Positions 1 through 15,300 of a DNA stretch of 64,000 nt are shown here, piece by piece. Under the pieces are notes generated by a model that worked only from the letters and a program-made list of their open reading frames with translations, had not been told where the DNA came from and did not search any database. This DNA comes from Phoronis australis. Its lineage: Eukaryota; Animalia; Phoronida. Numbering within the stretch: position 1 is the stretch's first letter; every line of letters starts with the position of its first letter. Location: contig NMRA01000187.1 in assembly GCA_002633005.1 (NCBI GenBank), positions 491,740 to 555,739 of the forward strand, written 5' to 3'. Both the position numbers and the translations under genes were made by a program.

Positions 1-1329
1 TTAATGGTTTTTATCACGTCTACGTGCGATGCTTGAAATGTAAACGTTTTAAAATTAAATTTGCCTAAGTTTTCAATTGTCTCCGTTTCATCTAAAGTTT
101 ACCATCATCGAATGCAAAACAAATCAACGTCACAGTTTCTAATGCAATACACGCAGAATCACTGAATATTGAAAATGTAATTTCAATTGACTTTGCAATT
201 CGCGAGCTTGGTCTTAAAGTAAAAATTACTCTAAAATCGACTGCTTAGCAAATATTAAAAGACGGACAATGGCCGCACAAATAAAAATGTTCATGTTCGT
301 GTTATTGTGAGGCGATTGTCCGTTTTTTTAATCCTTCTATGGCCAAAAACTGGCGTAATAAAGCAAATATGCTCACACATTCTAGTATCTACGGGTTTAC
401 AATGCAGCGACTGTTACCAAGTGAAATCTATTTTTTCTCGCGCTGCAAGCAGTCTTGAGCCAGTCATTCATTGTCCGAAGTCCTTGGACGATTTCACAGA
501 CAGTAGCCCGATATCGCCTTTCATTGTCCAGACGAAGCGTAAATGAATCCCTTTCAGAGTATAACTTGAGAACCTATTAGTCCGTGACTTCGATGGCCCG
601 CTTTTCCTCGCCAATATTTGACAAAAATTTTATGTCAACGCAAAACACGAGAATACAGTTGAAAATCAAATTTATTCTGGTTAATGCATCTTCATGCGAT
701 GTGTCAATACAATTGGCTGTTACCTTTTGTTTGTTCGACAGTACAGTAAATGGGTTTGCGTTGAGAGAAGTCAACATTTGGGAGCTTAACTGTGACTGAC
801 AAGTAAATTCGCGGTTAATCTTCCAGTCCGCCGCTGGTCTCTGCTGTTCGTGAGTGATGAGAGAACGATTAGTCATACGTATACGTATGTTTCTTACCAA
901 TAACGCTACCAACTCGCGATACGATAAGTTTCACTTAACGTCGAATGATTTCATAATGCCGTCTTTATTAAATGTAGATTTATTATAATTTACACACAAA
1001 AAGGAATTTGACATAGAGCCTTACTATGTTATTTGGCTTCGTTCACAGATGTACTGTAACAAACGCCGGGTGATGTATTATATTGTTTTCTTATAAACGA
1101 CGAGTATATAACATGCTAATTATTTTTGTATTTAAAAACCACATTTCCTCCTCTTTAGGTGTAGAAAAACAGGCTAAAATGAATACTCCTGCATGTACCT
1201 TCAACGCCTACCACGAGACAACGTTATTTCCGTTGACACGATCAAGGTACAGGGATTTAGGAGTCATAAAACGTTTCAGAAGTATACGGCCTGCCAAACC
1301 TTCCAAAAGTTAACTGTTTGAAATCAATT

Positions 1330-1334
<5 letters not shown>

Positions 1335-1396
<62 letters not shown>
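1335..1396. repeat. (TC)n dinucleotide microsatellite
   Basis: Perfect run of about 31 TC units read directly from the sequence. Confidence 0.98.
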
Positions 1397-1401
<5 letters not shown>

Positions 1402-3873
1402 CGACTCTATGCTAAAAGCGACAACATCATTACAGCACGGATATTTCACGTCTAATGTGGTGGGCAAATTCTTATTTTCTGTGGAAAACAAGGGGAAATT
1501 TAAACAGTTCTTACTTCAACATCGACTCACAGGCAACATCGTAGTCTGGAAAGGGGAACCTACAGTAGAAGTTTGAGCGCATGGCGCGTTTAGTATACGT
1601 GTACACTTTCGGTGGAGCAGCTGAAAATGGAAAACAAAGGAACTTGGCTGGCATCGTCACGACGATAGAAAGTATACAAAAAACGTAGCGTGCATTAATT
1701 GCGTATTTGATATTTTTAAATGGTGATATCAATTCCGCTGGAGATAAAGCTATTTCTCAGTGTTATTTAAGGTTATGTAGGACGTTATTGGCGAGTACAC
1801 ATATTTGCTAAATATACAAGGCCAGTAATTTGGTCACGTGACCACTCCCTTTTTAGTAAAATTTAATAGGAAAGAATGACACAATCATAGAAAAACAAAG
1901 GTAGGAATAACGTGGCCAATTGTCGTTTGGTATAAATGTTCATGATGAAATCTCAAAAAATACTGTTGTACTTTTCTAAATTATCATTTCGCTTTCGTTT
2001 TATGCAATTTTGAGGTGTTTCGATAGTAAGTGCAACAGCTTGACATTATAAAACATAATTCCTAAAAAGCGTTTTGCAGAAGAGTGCTCAATATCTGAAG
2101 GTTTTGTATGAATCCGATTTGTTGTTTCTGATGTATGATGTTAGCCGGGTTTGGACATTTTTAAATGAAAATGAAAACACTCTTACAAGAAACTAAAAAT
2201 CTATCTTCCTTGATAGTACTTCAATTTGTGAAACAACGAAACCAATTCTTTTTTCGAAACTGTGTTAATTTTCGTTTTTGCACAACTTTGCGATGAAGGG
2301 CATATTCATGGAGTTCTCCAACATTTCTGCGGCATTTGCCAGACAGAGCGCTGATGGAGTAGAAAACAATATAAAACCTTACAGTTTTAACATCAAACGG
2401 GAAGTTGAAGGAAAGCAGTGCTGTTTCCAACGCAACTATCGTAAATTGTGTTTTATGTAACACTTCTCCACGTACAAAGTAGGGGCACGGAGCGGAAGAG
2501 TAGAATTCTATTTATTTTTATTTCAATTCCGAACAAAAACACCCGTAAAGAGATTTTTACTTAACCATTGTATTATTAAACGACATTTGGCGAATTTCTA
2601 ATTTTTTGTGGACTACAACTGAAATATTACAAACCAAGTTACCTCAAAACGTAACTTGCAAACAGACGAAAGCACAAAACTATCGAGCGGACAGTAATAA
2701 AAAACGAGAAATTTGGAATTTGTATCTTCTGGAGACGTCATTCGCGCCAGATATCGTTGTAGTTATTTGCCTCCAACGCGGTTGTCCGTCATCACTGCCG
2801 TCTTGGTTAAACATATCATGTTTAGAAACACAGACGGCGATACAAAAATAATAAATACTATTCTCTTTCGTTTTGCCTGGCTAAAACAAACAAATTACAC
2901 AAACCAGACTTAAAACAATTAAAATGTCTACGTTTTAATTCATGCTTTGTAATTTAACTCTCTCTGACCTAATGAAAGTTGCCGTGAACGCAAGTAAACC
3001 AATAGTCAGCCGTTTAACAATGTCTGAATCTGTGGCGCCATGCTCGTTCCACGATAAGTTAGTTGGCTGTCCACGCGCTCGCGAGCCCAGTTACATGCGA
3101 ACACAATATTTTCGTTGTCGTGAATTACTTGCAGTTCTTCAAAAGCAGTAGAATAACTGTTGATGATTACAATTTTGTGTACATGACAATTTTAGCCAGC
3201 GTTTCACACTCTCATGAGAAAACACAGCAGTCCCGGTCCATATTTCTTCAGAAATGTGGACAAGAATACAGCAATCTTGGATTATATACGTTGAATTTGA
3301 ATACGTTTTGCAATTGTACAAGAAAATTTCTCCAGAAGCGTAGTTTAATAACCTGTGAAGATTTGAGCTGATGTTTGATACAATGCCAAAAACTCATTCC
3401 TGGTTTATGGAAGTCTCTTAAACTCCGTTGTGCATCTATGTACAAGGCGTTTTCAAAAGTACTTAAACTTGAATAGAAATAAGAGTCCAGCAAACACCCA
3501 TTTCCAAGCTTATATTTTTGCAACGTTTAATTTTCCTGTTCGCTACGTGACAAATTTCTTATTAATTAGTGAACCTTTGCATGCTAGTCTCAGTTACACA
3601 GTGACGAAACGCGATAGTCATTTTTTGAATGATGAATAGACATTAATGCCACACATTCATCGCTCATTGTCTTGTCTTTGAAGTTTAGTCCTCGTGTTAC
3701 CTATCAATTACAAAGGCAAATTAACGTACAATGAACAGATAGCGAGAACGTGAAAACTTTAATTGTTTTTATTTCTATAATGACACAACTCAACTTGTAC
3801 TTGGAAAACATATGTTCGAAAAAAGATAATATTCCTGTTATAACTAAATGAAAGTATAATTTCACAATACTAC

Positions 3874-4016
3874 GACTGCACTAGAACGACTTGACAGTTC
3901 CGCCGGGTGAACCGTCTAAGACATGTTATTGGTTCTCAGTGACGACTTCCGGTTTACAGACCAATCAGATGTCTTTACCGCTTGACCCAGGGGAACCGGC
4001 GAAGTCAAGTGCAGTC
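3874..4016. mobile_element. ~140 bp foldback MITE-like element, copy 1
   Basis: Terminal inverted repeats GACTGCACT...AGTGCAGTC with further internal dyad symmetry (ACATGTTATTGGT / ACCAATCAGATGT). A clearly related copy lies at 28495-28635. Confidence 0.7.
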
Positions 4017-7000
4017 TATACCAAAGTCGAAAGAAAGCTCAACAGCACAAAAAGTGATAAAAAATTCGTCAAAATTCCATCCAGAATCAAGGTTTTAAAA
4101 AGGTTTTCCCTTTCAAGAGGAGCTGAGTGACAGTGAGATTGTACTTGAAATAGTCAATTTTGGAATGTTATCGCGAAATAAAATTCACTTAGCTTGAAAA
4201 CGAATTTTCACGGCTGCATAAAAACCTGTGGCCAAACTTGCACGATGGTTTTATGATGCGCTTGGCAATGCAGTCTGGCAGTTTACGTTGACAGTGTTCT
4301 CGCGATTAACTGCACGAGAGATCCGGCGATATATATATATGTGGCGCCATCTCATTCATGATAGCAACGACAACACTCGTTTCAGCTCGCCACTTACGAG
4401 TAAGTTGAATAAACAATGTACGTGCCAACTTGGTTTTTCAATGCAACCGATTCATTGCCTCAATAACAAATTATGAACGAAGTTTTCTAAACATACAAAG
4501 TAAGCCACAAACGCCTCCACACGATAGGAGAAAATGAATTTCACCTCACTAAAAGATCACCATACCAAGTGAAAGAGCTGGCCAACCCTTCCAAGCTTGT
4601 ACTGCTTTGCCTGTTCGTGGCTGAACTCACTTGTATCACGATAAGGACAATTTGGAGAATCAAATGAATTGAGGACAAATGCTTATTTCAAGATTTTCAC
4701 ATATAGACGATGAATGAGAAGGAACGCAACATTGAGAAGTTAAGTTGTGACAATCACCACTCTAAAATACACATTTTAGTGTCCTCCGCTGAAATGTCTC
4801 ACGTTCTTAAAATGCTTTCTTTCAACGCATGTTGTCGATTATCGAGCTTATGCAATATTTAAGGATGTTGTCAACTGTGCAACGACCGCTGACGAAAGGA
4901 ACAAAAACCAAAGAGACTACCCCATAAACATCGGCCGTGTCGGTGAAAACAAGCGGCTGGCGCCTGGCTGGTAGCCGATTCACTGTCCAGCGGTCAAGCT
5001 GGGCACATCACCTGCGACAGGCAATCAGAGCAGCGCAGATCTGTAATACAGACACAAATTATGGGCAATTTAGGGTGTAAAGATGAGAAAAAGTGCGATA
5101 ATTGTACCTAATGGAACAGCATTTGCCAGGTGATATAAAGTATTACAACAATGTGTTCATTCAGTGAACTGTGATTTCCTTAATGCCGAAGGAAACTCTT
5201 TTCAGCGAAGTTGCGGTCGTTTTGCTATAATGTAATTATAAAATTATTAGATGACTCTGACGTCCTGGCTGTCCAATAGGAATGTATGTTACACAAACGA
5301 GACTTTGAACCAAGACTTAATTTGGGCGAAATTCCGACTAACGACAAGAACCAAAAGTGGAAATTCTTTCACGCCGTTTCTGGAAGTGGGGTGACATAAG
5401 ACATAAACAGGCTTCGAAGGGCGGGGCCAGGTAACCCGTTTTTGGTACAATAAAATTTTGTTGTTGGGGTAATCATTAAATATTTCACCCTTGGCCTAGT
5501 TACATCCATGATCTGCCAATAAAAATCATTTCGTTTTTCTGATTTTGATTGAGCGCCAATTAAATTTTTGAAACAATGTCCACATGAACCGAATTTTCTC
5601 GAAGTAGCTTCACCAGCTTTTTAAGACTTCTAGCACACTTTGCTGCTGTTTGCATTTGACGTAATTGAACAATTTGTCACTTTTTTCCAAAATAATCGTC
5701 ATCTTATAATTATAGCAAAACTAGTGTTGAAAAAACCGCACGAACGTTACTTTCCAACAAAAGCACCGCAGTGACATAATTTCTGCATTTTGATTAGCGT
5801 ATGGGTTTGTAACTCAAATAGCTTTTCCACTTATTAAAACATGAGAGCCGTAATACAGGACAGAATAGCTAAAACGAACATTCACTCACATATGCATCCC
5901 GGCTCGGGTTACCGTAAAAAACATTCTGCCAATATTTCCTGTGATTGCTGCTTTCATCCATGTGAAACGTACAACGTTGGCTTTTATCATACGCTAAGGA
6001 TAATCGCAGAAAAAGGCAATGTTTCAATATTAATCAAACATTCATCATCAGAAAACAGTGGCTTGTTTTATAAACATGGCTAAAGAAAACATCTATTAAT
6101 TTGTGCATGAATCTTAGTTCTTACTTACTTTTTGTTGAGTAGACATTTTGGTCGTTGCACTGCAGTTGAAGTAGCAAAAATTGTTCGTTTTTACAATTAC
6201 GCAGTTTTGGTAAAGTCAACAGATTTTCGTATGGAAGCCACCAACTCCATTCTGACAGTGCCTTCTTTTTCTCTTTCCACACTGACAGCTAAAATGTGTT
6301 CCCTGCTTTTAATCTAATTTTACGATAATCATTTAGTAAAACAGCTATTTGTAACATGTCTTGGACCACGGTTATTAAAAAACTACAACTAACGAGTCAA
6401 GTGGATTCGAAATTGTCCTTGATCGTAGTTTGAGTTTTCTCAAATTTCTCTGATGTCGTTGGTCATTTTAGTTTGTCCTTTTATCAGAATTTGATCCGAC
6501 CATCAAAGCGATCACATTACGTATGTATTGCAACAATAACTAGACAGTTAATCTGATACTCAACCGGTTAATGGTGGATAAAGAATGCGTTGAAAACCTC
6601 AAAACTAGATGGGTATGCGTGGAGAATGGACGAGAGATCAAGTCAAATGAATCAGTTACAATGTTTAGATTCTTGCTCACTTCACAAAAATTACCTTCGA
6701 CTCTCAGACGATTTAGTCATTTTCACGACTGGAAACTTTGGCACCATAACGAGATTATCAAAAAAATGAACATTGATCTATAGTATGCTGCGTTAAATTC
6801 AAGTTTCAACTATTACTTAATCTTATTAGCATCTTATATTTCTTGAAGCTTCAGTGAGCGTTGTAAATATTTTCTTATTTTAGCAAATGTACCTTTTACA
6901 TTCAAAAAACAAAATCCAATGTGATTTTATTTAATAAACCCAACTGTTGAGAGTTTATTTAGTTTTGTATGCTTTATTTATGTTCGTAAGACATTTTGTT

Positions 7001-8239
7001 CAATACACATCCTTTCGAAATCACTCACCAGTTCACAGCACAAGAAAAACTCTCACGAGATTAGAAGGTGATTGCAAACGAACCTACTATGCAGTTTGCG
7101 AAAGATGAAATGCTCTAGAGTATAAGGAACCCAATGCGTCTTTTCTGATAATCATCTAACATGAAAATATATTTTGATGTTGCGGTTTATTTTTAACAGT
7201 GTTTAGACAGTAAAACGAAGTGTGACCTCCTGGAATCACCAATCTCCCAGCGCACCTGTCAGACACTGGCAGGGTTATATTAAGCACTGAACTGTCAAGG
7301 CGGGACTGCAATCTTCAGTCTTGACTCTAGTGGCATTTCACGCGACGACGGAATCAATTATAGCGATTCTCGAATGGTATTTACTGCTCGCTACCGCGGC
7401 TGGAACACCATTACTTGTCATTCGATATGTGATTTAAAATGAAGCGGATAAATCGGTGTGTGTATAAAACGTATTTTCTTAAAAAACACTGACCGCGGTC
7501 CCGGGATGTTAGCGCCGTGAGTCTGTCGTTTCGGCGAGTGCTGAACGGTTGAATGCATTTTGACAATCTCGGGTTATCAAAAACGAATTGGAAGCAGTGC
7601 TTGAACGTGGGGATTGATTCCAGTTCATTTCGACGGAAGTTGCTGTATTTGCTGCAAATTTTATACAGCCTGTGTCGACGTTTCGTTCACGACGAGCATC
7701 CAATTAAACATGAATGACGATTTTACAGTTAAGAAAAAACGTTGAAGTCTGATTAAAAACGCGGTTGATAAAAATAACTCTTAAACAACAACTCCAGCAA
7801 CAACAAACAAAAGTCAAAGGTCGTATCAATTACTCGACATACCACGAAATATTTATGATAATTATGTAGAACAATAGAACGTTTCGTGCGCGGCTACATT
7901 CTTCATCACAGCCAAAACAGGCATTTACGTGAAAACAAACAATAAAAATAACCCTTTGAAATTGGAAAAGCTGGGATACATTGTGATTCTTCTTAAACTA
8001 TTTATTTAAACAATAACGAGAATAGTCCATATGATAATCAACACATCCATAGCATTAAAAGCACAAGAAATCCACAGACAAACACTAATATGAAAATTGT
8101 TAAAAATTCTGTTGGGTTGATGTAACTATGGAGAGATGACGTTGTTACCAATAGATCATCACCATTGTTATTGATGATGTAATTTCTGGAACTACTCTTC
8201 CTCGGGCTGATTCAACATTGTTATCATATCTAGTATTCT

Positions 8240-8556
8240 AATTATTATTATTATTATGTTTATTTTTGCTGTCACAAAAATTTTAATTATTTCAATCACC
8301 CGAAATATTATCACTTGTTATCACTTTTGTTATATTTTTGTTATCAATATTATTATGATGATCCCTATAATTATTATCATAATCATCATCATCATCACCA
8401 TCATTGCCATCATGATAATTACAATTGCTATTATTGTTGTTGTTGTTCTTGTTATCATTATCATTATCGTCATCATTATCATTGCTATTATTACCACTGC
8501 TACTTGTTGTTGGTGGTGGTGTTGTTATTGATGTCATTGTTGTTGTTGTTTGTTCT

Positions 8557-8594
<38 letters not shown>

Positions 8595-8620
8595 AATGGT
8601 GGTGGTGGTTGTTGTTACTG
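8240..8620. repeat. Compound trinucleotide low-complexity tract (ATT/ATC/GTT/GGT)n
   Basis: Degenerate trinucleotide repeats. They produce the homopolymeric ORFs (poly-I, poly-C, poly-L, poly-N/D) in the ORF track. Confidence 0.95.
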
Positions 8621-11609
8621 GTACGTGTTTTTTTTAACATTGTTATAATTTGTTTTGTTGTGGTACTATGAATTCAATGATAAGGCCAGCGTTTAACAAG
8701 AGTTTTTACAACAGTTATAACATGAACCTGATTCAGGTAACAGTAGCCACACGGTGGGGCCACCTTGCTGACACAGCCCCAATGTAAACAGCTGACTACG
8801 ATTGACAACTATAAAAAAATCGATGTCAAGAATTGTGTAGCTGTTTCCAACCTTCGTGTCAACACCGAGGTAGTAGCTTGTTTGCACAAAGTTCACTTCA
8901 GCAAACACTGCATTTCCCAGGTTGGTTTCTCTCACGAGTTCACGAGAGACCTCGCTGACCTGTGTAAGTTGGCGTACGGGTATATCTTCGAGAATTTTAC
9001 ATATTTGGATTAAAAACAGTTTAATATGTTCTGTTTTGAGGTATTTGTTTAGTTTAAATGGTTAGGAAATTCACTAACGAATGATTATTGAAAAATCTAA
9101 AATTTCCAAGATTCCAAAAGCATACGTTTCCTTGTGACGTAGGATTTGGTTTGTGAAATGATTAAAATGACAAACCTGGAAGAAACCTTGCATGAATTGG
9201 TGGATTGTCCTAATGATTATTAATGTGGTGTTCCGTTTGAAGCCCAGTATAAGCATAGAGAATATCGGTTACACACCCCGGGTTTATCTTGTGTGCAGCT
9301 CGTGTATCTCAGCGCAGCACACTCTCACTTGGAGTAGATTTTCAAGAACTTCGGGGTATAATTGTTTTTAGGAAATCGTAAGAACTTTTTGCAACGTAAT
9401 CACCACGAACCAGTTATCTGTCTTTTTACTTTTAGAGTTCCAAATTTTCAGGGAATAACCGGCCTTCTGATTCACCAGGTGGTTAAAAACTAAACGAGGT
9501 ACGTTTTTGTAGAAGACTCAAATATTGTTACAATTTTGTTTGCGCAGTCCATGCTCTGGCACGCACCACATTAGCATTGGGAGGAGTGTCCAGCAACGTC
9601 ACATTGCCAACGCCAATCCTATCAAGAAGAAATGCTATTTCCGGTGGACGATATACCCTCGTAGAAGTAGCTGTAACTTTACAAAACTGTGAACATTCTA
9701 CGGTTTTGTGTGAAGACACCACGCCGATGTAAAAGCTTGCGCCAACACAGGGCAAAACACCAGCAGTATTTTGTGATTTCTGCATCCGCATTACTTCTTC
9801 GGTAAATCTAAAATTAGTGAATTGCAAAAGATTTCAAATGTTAAAGCTTTAAATTTGTTCAAGAAGGTCAATGCTAGCGCCACTTGCAAAATGTCTCTGT
9901 ATGTTCAAGTTGAGACAAATCATACAATCATTCTCTCGTTGCGAGTTACCCGTCTGGACATCTCTTCGAGCCAGGGTCCATTTTCCGAACACTGATTGGT
10001 CGATAAGTTTAGAAACCTGTCTGTATTTTGACTAGCACGGAACACGTTTCTTGTAAATATTGATTGATAATATCGTCACAGCACCAATGATGCAAGAGTA
10101 AAGAGACAAATTGAATTCCAAACAATGCGCCCTAAGCCTGTATACACAAGCCATTTCGTAACAATAACGTAACAAGTGGAGAACAGAAATTTATACCTCT
10201 TTTGTCTAGCCAAGAGGCTTAGATTCTTTTTATGCTTCTTCATATAAAAGGTTTGACTTTTCGAGTTTTAAATATTTTTATTTAAATTACAACCTCTCGG
10301 TTGAAACTAAAACCAAAGCACTTTGACTGTAACAACTGTTCAGGGTGTGATCGAATTCTTTCGTTTAATGTACGTACATGGTTTTGCAACAGTGTACATG
10401 TATATTTAGTAATGTATACCGTACATGGTAACTCAAACTGAATATTGCGGTTTATATAACAGATGAATATTTCGTGGTCTCGCGGTAATTACGTTGATGG
10501 AGTACACGGGGTATTATGAGATATCTTGTAACAATAAGTTACAAACTATTCGTAGCACTTTTAATAACGAGATAAATTTGGAAGTTTATAATATCTACAA
10601 TTTTAAAAAACTGTAGGAATTTTAGTTATGATCAATATAAAACTACTGAATTAATGGCCAACCTTCATTGCATGGACTATTAGCAGTCCAGCCTACTGTT
10701 ACAGTACATAACGTGTTGAATTATCTCAATTTTATCCAGTACTGTTGCGCTTGATTCGGATCCTTGCTCCGGAATTTCACCAAGAGAAATCCAATAAACT
10801 TGATAAAGGCATCGTCATTAAGTTGGACATTGTATTTAATTATGCCTATAGATCCGTTCTGGCGATGCATTATAAAAATCAACCATATTGATCCACGGGC
10901 TGTCAAACAACTAGTTGAAACGCATGTGTGTCAAATTTGACATTTCTTGGCCATGAAGAAATCTCATGGTGGCGTTGCGACATTCCTCTTTAATTATTCG
11001 TAGATTTTCTGGTTGCTGCAGCGAGACGAGAACGAAAATATTTTGATGGAAGGTATCGGTTTATAATTATTTCTAATGCGTAATAAACTTGGTGGTACAT
11101 AGCGTTTGAGAAATGAAAAGTTGAGGACGTCGCTTTTACTATTTGTGTTTGACTTGGTTAGTTTCATTTCAATTAACAAGATGGTTAACCTCCCATTTTC
11201 TCTCGCACAGTAGCGGCCTGATGACGACTTTGGATTATTTGTTTAGGTTTCAATTGTGCTCGGATAAACTATTAAATGGTTTACTACCTGCCGCCAGACA
11301 TAAATCTACCTGTCCGATTGTTTACAGTGAGCTAAACATTATGTGTTTTGATGTGTCCGTCGCCGAGTTATCTAATTTTCCACCTATGATTTTATATATA
11401 GTTCTCATAATAGACCGTATGAAATGCTATTGTTGCACTGTTTATCGAGCGAAATGATAGTTTACGTTTCTCGGCTAGACTTTTGTCTCCTACCGTAATC
11501 GTTAACACTTCGTTTAATGAATATTTTCAATGGAAATCGCAAGTCGCGCCTTTAGTATTTGACTCGTCATACAAACCGCTTCTAAAGCCAGCCCAGCTTC
11601 GTCTCAGAT

Positions 11610-11765
11610 TACATGATTGGCACGGTTTCTCGGGCGACAAATTTACACAAGTATTGAAGGAGCATCGACGTGACCTCGAGGTCAGTTTACAGCCAATCAG
11701 ATGCATCCTTACGTTTTCTTACGGCTCCTTTAAAATAACACAGTTGATGTTAGAGTACTCATTCA
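11610..11765 (+). promoter_or_regulatory. Candidate Six1/2 core promoter
   Basis: Reverse CCAAT (GATTGG, ~11615), AGCCAATCAG (11691-11700), TATA-like TTTAAAA (~11729-11735) and an initiator-like TCATTC (11759-11764) about 30 nt after the TATA-like site, just upstream of the ATG at 11779. Motif inference only. Confidence 0.55.
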
Positions 11766-11772
11766 ATATTAG

Positions 11773-12384
<612 letters not shown>

Positions 12385-15300
12385 TAAGAAAAAAAAAAAC
12401 AATGCTGACGGTGGCGCTCAGTGAGCGCGCGACATTTGCCACCGAAAATCACCAGTAGATTGTTTTAAGCCTTAACTAGTAAACAGGCTTGTAGTGCAAC
12501 CATCTTATATTGAGCATGCGCCATGTTTGTGCAAGGAACTGCAGAGGTAACCCACAGAATAGTCAATTCACTCTCTTACCAGTTTCCTTGTAAATTTATT
12601 CGAACCTTTATTAAACAGCTGTTTAAAAGTCAAAGTGGGTTCGTTTTAAACTCAGTATGAAACATGTTAACGCGGTTTTCCTATGGACTTGTCTGTCAAG
12701 TTTGACCTAATAAATTCAAGACGGAACACTAATTGCCTCGGCTGGAACTTTGGAGGACTTAGCCTTTTCCTGTTCAACAGACTAAGATTATTCCGATGGT
12801 GTTGGTTTCATCTAATTAACACACTGTGTGCCATAATCACATGACACTTTGCGCAAAGGTTTTACAAGACTCTGCTGCCTGCAAACAAGAAAGTTTACTC
12901 GATTCCTACGTTTGACCTTCATTCCCGCCAACACTACAACAACCAGACAGACTTCTGATTCCAACTGGCGATGAAGTCATTTCATAGGAATTTGGAAGCG
13001 ACCATGCATAAAGCCGGCACGAGCATTGTGCTTGCCAAAGATTAAGATTTGGGGTGTTAGTTCGTGGAGGGAATGGGATTTTTTCACATGACGTCTCTAA
13101 GTCGTGGACTTAGGCTAGAAAACTGTAAGCTCTATTGGTAGACGGATTAGGCATGGCAAATTTCCCCCAATGTTTACCTTACTGATTTTAATCATCTGAA
13201 CGTAATTTGGAAGCCAAGTCTTACAAGCTAAGACAGAAATCTATCAAATTCGTTGATGCAAATGTCTTAGTTGTAGTCGGTGTTAACTAAAAACAACTGA
13301 GTCCTCGTGTGGGTGTAAACCGCTTTTACATTTGCTAAGTAACACGAATTAGAGAAAGTGCATTTATTCGTCACCACAGTCAACAAAAGCCTGTAAAAAC
13401 CGTACGAGCGAATTTCTTTGTTAAGCTTCCTTAAACAGTGAAGCGAGAAAGGCAAACTTTACTTAGAACACACTGTTTATTTTAATACGATTTCATAGTT
13501 AGAAAAACACAAAGAAACCCACTAAATCTAGCGTGAGACGTGATCTAAACAGAACGCGGTGTTCAAGTGTTTATAAATCAGGGAAGGCCTCGTCGCCGAG
13601 TTCTCGTTCCCCGCTGCGGAGACGATTACGGCCTGTGTGTAACGTTGGAAGTGTGTCAAACTAGCAGCCGTCAGGAATTAGCTCAGGCTAAATGGCAACC
13701 ATGCTTCGACGAATCGTCCTTTGTTGCTCTTTTCGAATTTTAGGCCAACTATTTCATTAGCAAAATAGGTTAAATTCTAAAACAGAAACTCGACATAGCA
13801 AGTGCTATATAATTCATCACCAGGGAAGCCGTAGTGTAGTTTCCAAGAGAACAAAATGATTAATTCTAAATTGAGATTTGATTATTTTTCTTTTCTGTTT
13901 TTATTTTTACTGTAACCGCACCGAAGTAAAATCAGATCTTACTATAAAATTGTTCTTGGCGTTTCTAGAAATGATTGTATACTGTGCCATTTTGACAGCA
14001 ACACTTGATCTAAAGGTGGTGTCTATCATTATCGTTTTGTCAACATTTAATTTTGCTTTGTATTTATATTTCATTCAATTTTTATTACTAATTTACACAG
14101 CTGATGTATACCGAGTTTGGATTTCCTGGAAATGGTTTCACTGACGTCCCACCATCTTTGAATATCAATCCTATGTTATTGGCATTATTCTATGAAATTA
14201 CGGTAATTTGAGGATAGCGGGACATTTGATCTTAAAATCAACTTCGATTTCCCCCTCAGCGAGTATTAAATAAAATTAAATTAACTCCAACATCTAAGTA
14301 TTTATGCACCTGGTTGAGTGTGAAGTGAAGAAAAATTGACTAATATTCTTATTTATTAAGTCGTATTGTTGTTTTAAAATGTTCCCAGCCACACACTAGT
14401 ATCAAGCTGTATGATAGAAATTCCAATTTGACCTCATAGGCCACGATAATTGAAATACGTGCCCTAATTAGGAATATACATTAATAACACACTTGTCTGT
14501 ATTTTCTATATATGCCTCATACTCAAGTAATCGAATGCAGTAAAGTATAATTTCCAATTTTATTGCTACAACCTCTAATAATTGGAAGAGACAGGGGCAA
14601 TAATTACCGTATTAAAATTGTTTTAAATTTGTTATTTGTTTATTTATTTACGTATGAGTCCGTCTTCAAGACCACCTAACGAGTTGTTGATTCGTTTTAT
14701 CATTCGCTGAAAATACACGTTTTAACGCCAAATGCCAACGGATTAAGATAAAGCGAATGAGAAGCGATAAAATAAATAAGAAACTTCTCAAATATCTGCG
14801 GAATCGCAACGAACTCACGCAGGATTTTGAATTCTGTGATCAATAGCCATGATTTGCCATTTTTGAAATGTATTAGAAGTAACGTATGCACACGTAGTAT
14901 TTTAACCCTTTCGACAATCGTCATGGTAGTAATTCGTGGTACGTTTTCCAAAATTTGGATTATCGTCTAGGGCATGTATCTACGTAAGAAATGTAGATAA
15001 TAATTATGCAAACTAACATTGAAGGGCAATATTAATTAAATGCATAAAATCACTCTTATATCATTGTGGATCACGCTATAGTTGGAAACCCAATCCAATC
15101 TAGAAAATATTACTGTGTTTTTAGTGTGCTGTAAGTGATATCAAGCTCCATTGATTATTTTCCATTGTCAGACTTGTTGCTAAATAGATTCATTAATTTC
15201 GAAATTAATATAGCGTTTTGTTAGGTTATTAACTTGACTCATTTGTGAGGACAAATAAATGACAATGAAACACTGTATTAATCTTATAGCAAAACAATGA

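Noticed and set aside
8256-8637. Four overlapping ORFs with poly-I/C/L/H/N tracts
   Set aside because: They are translations of a trinucleotide microsatellite.
8693-9013. Bidirectional open frames of about 80-100 aa
   Set aside because: Hand translation shows no recognisable domain or convincing splice context.
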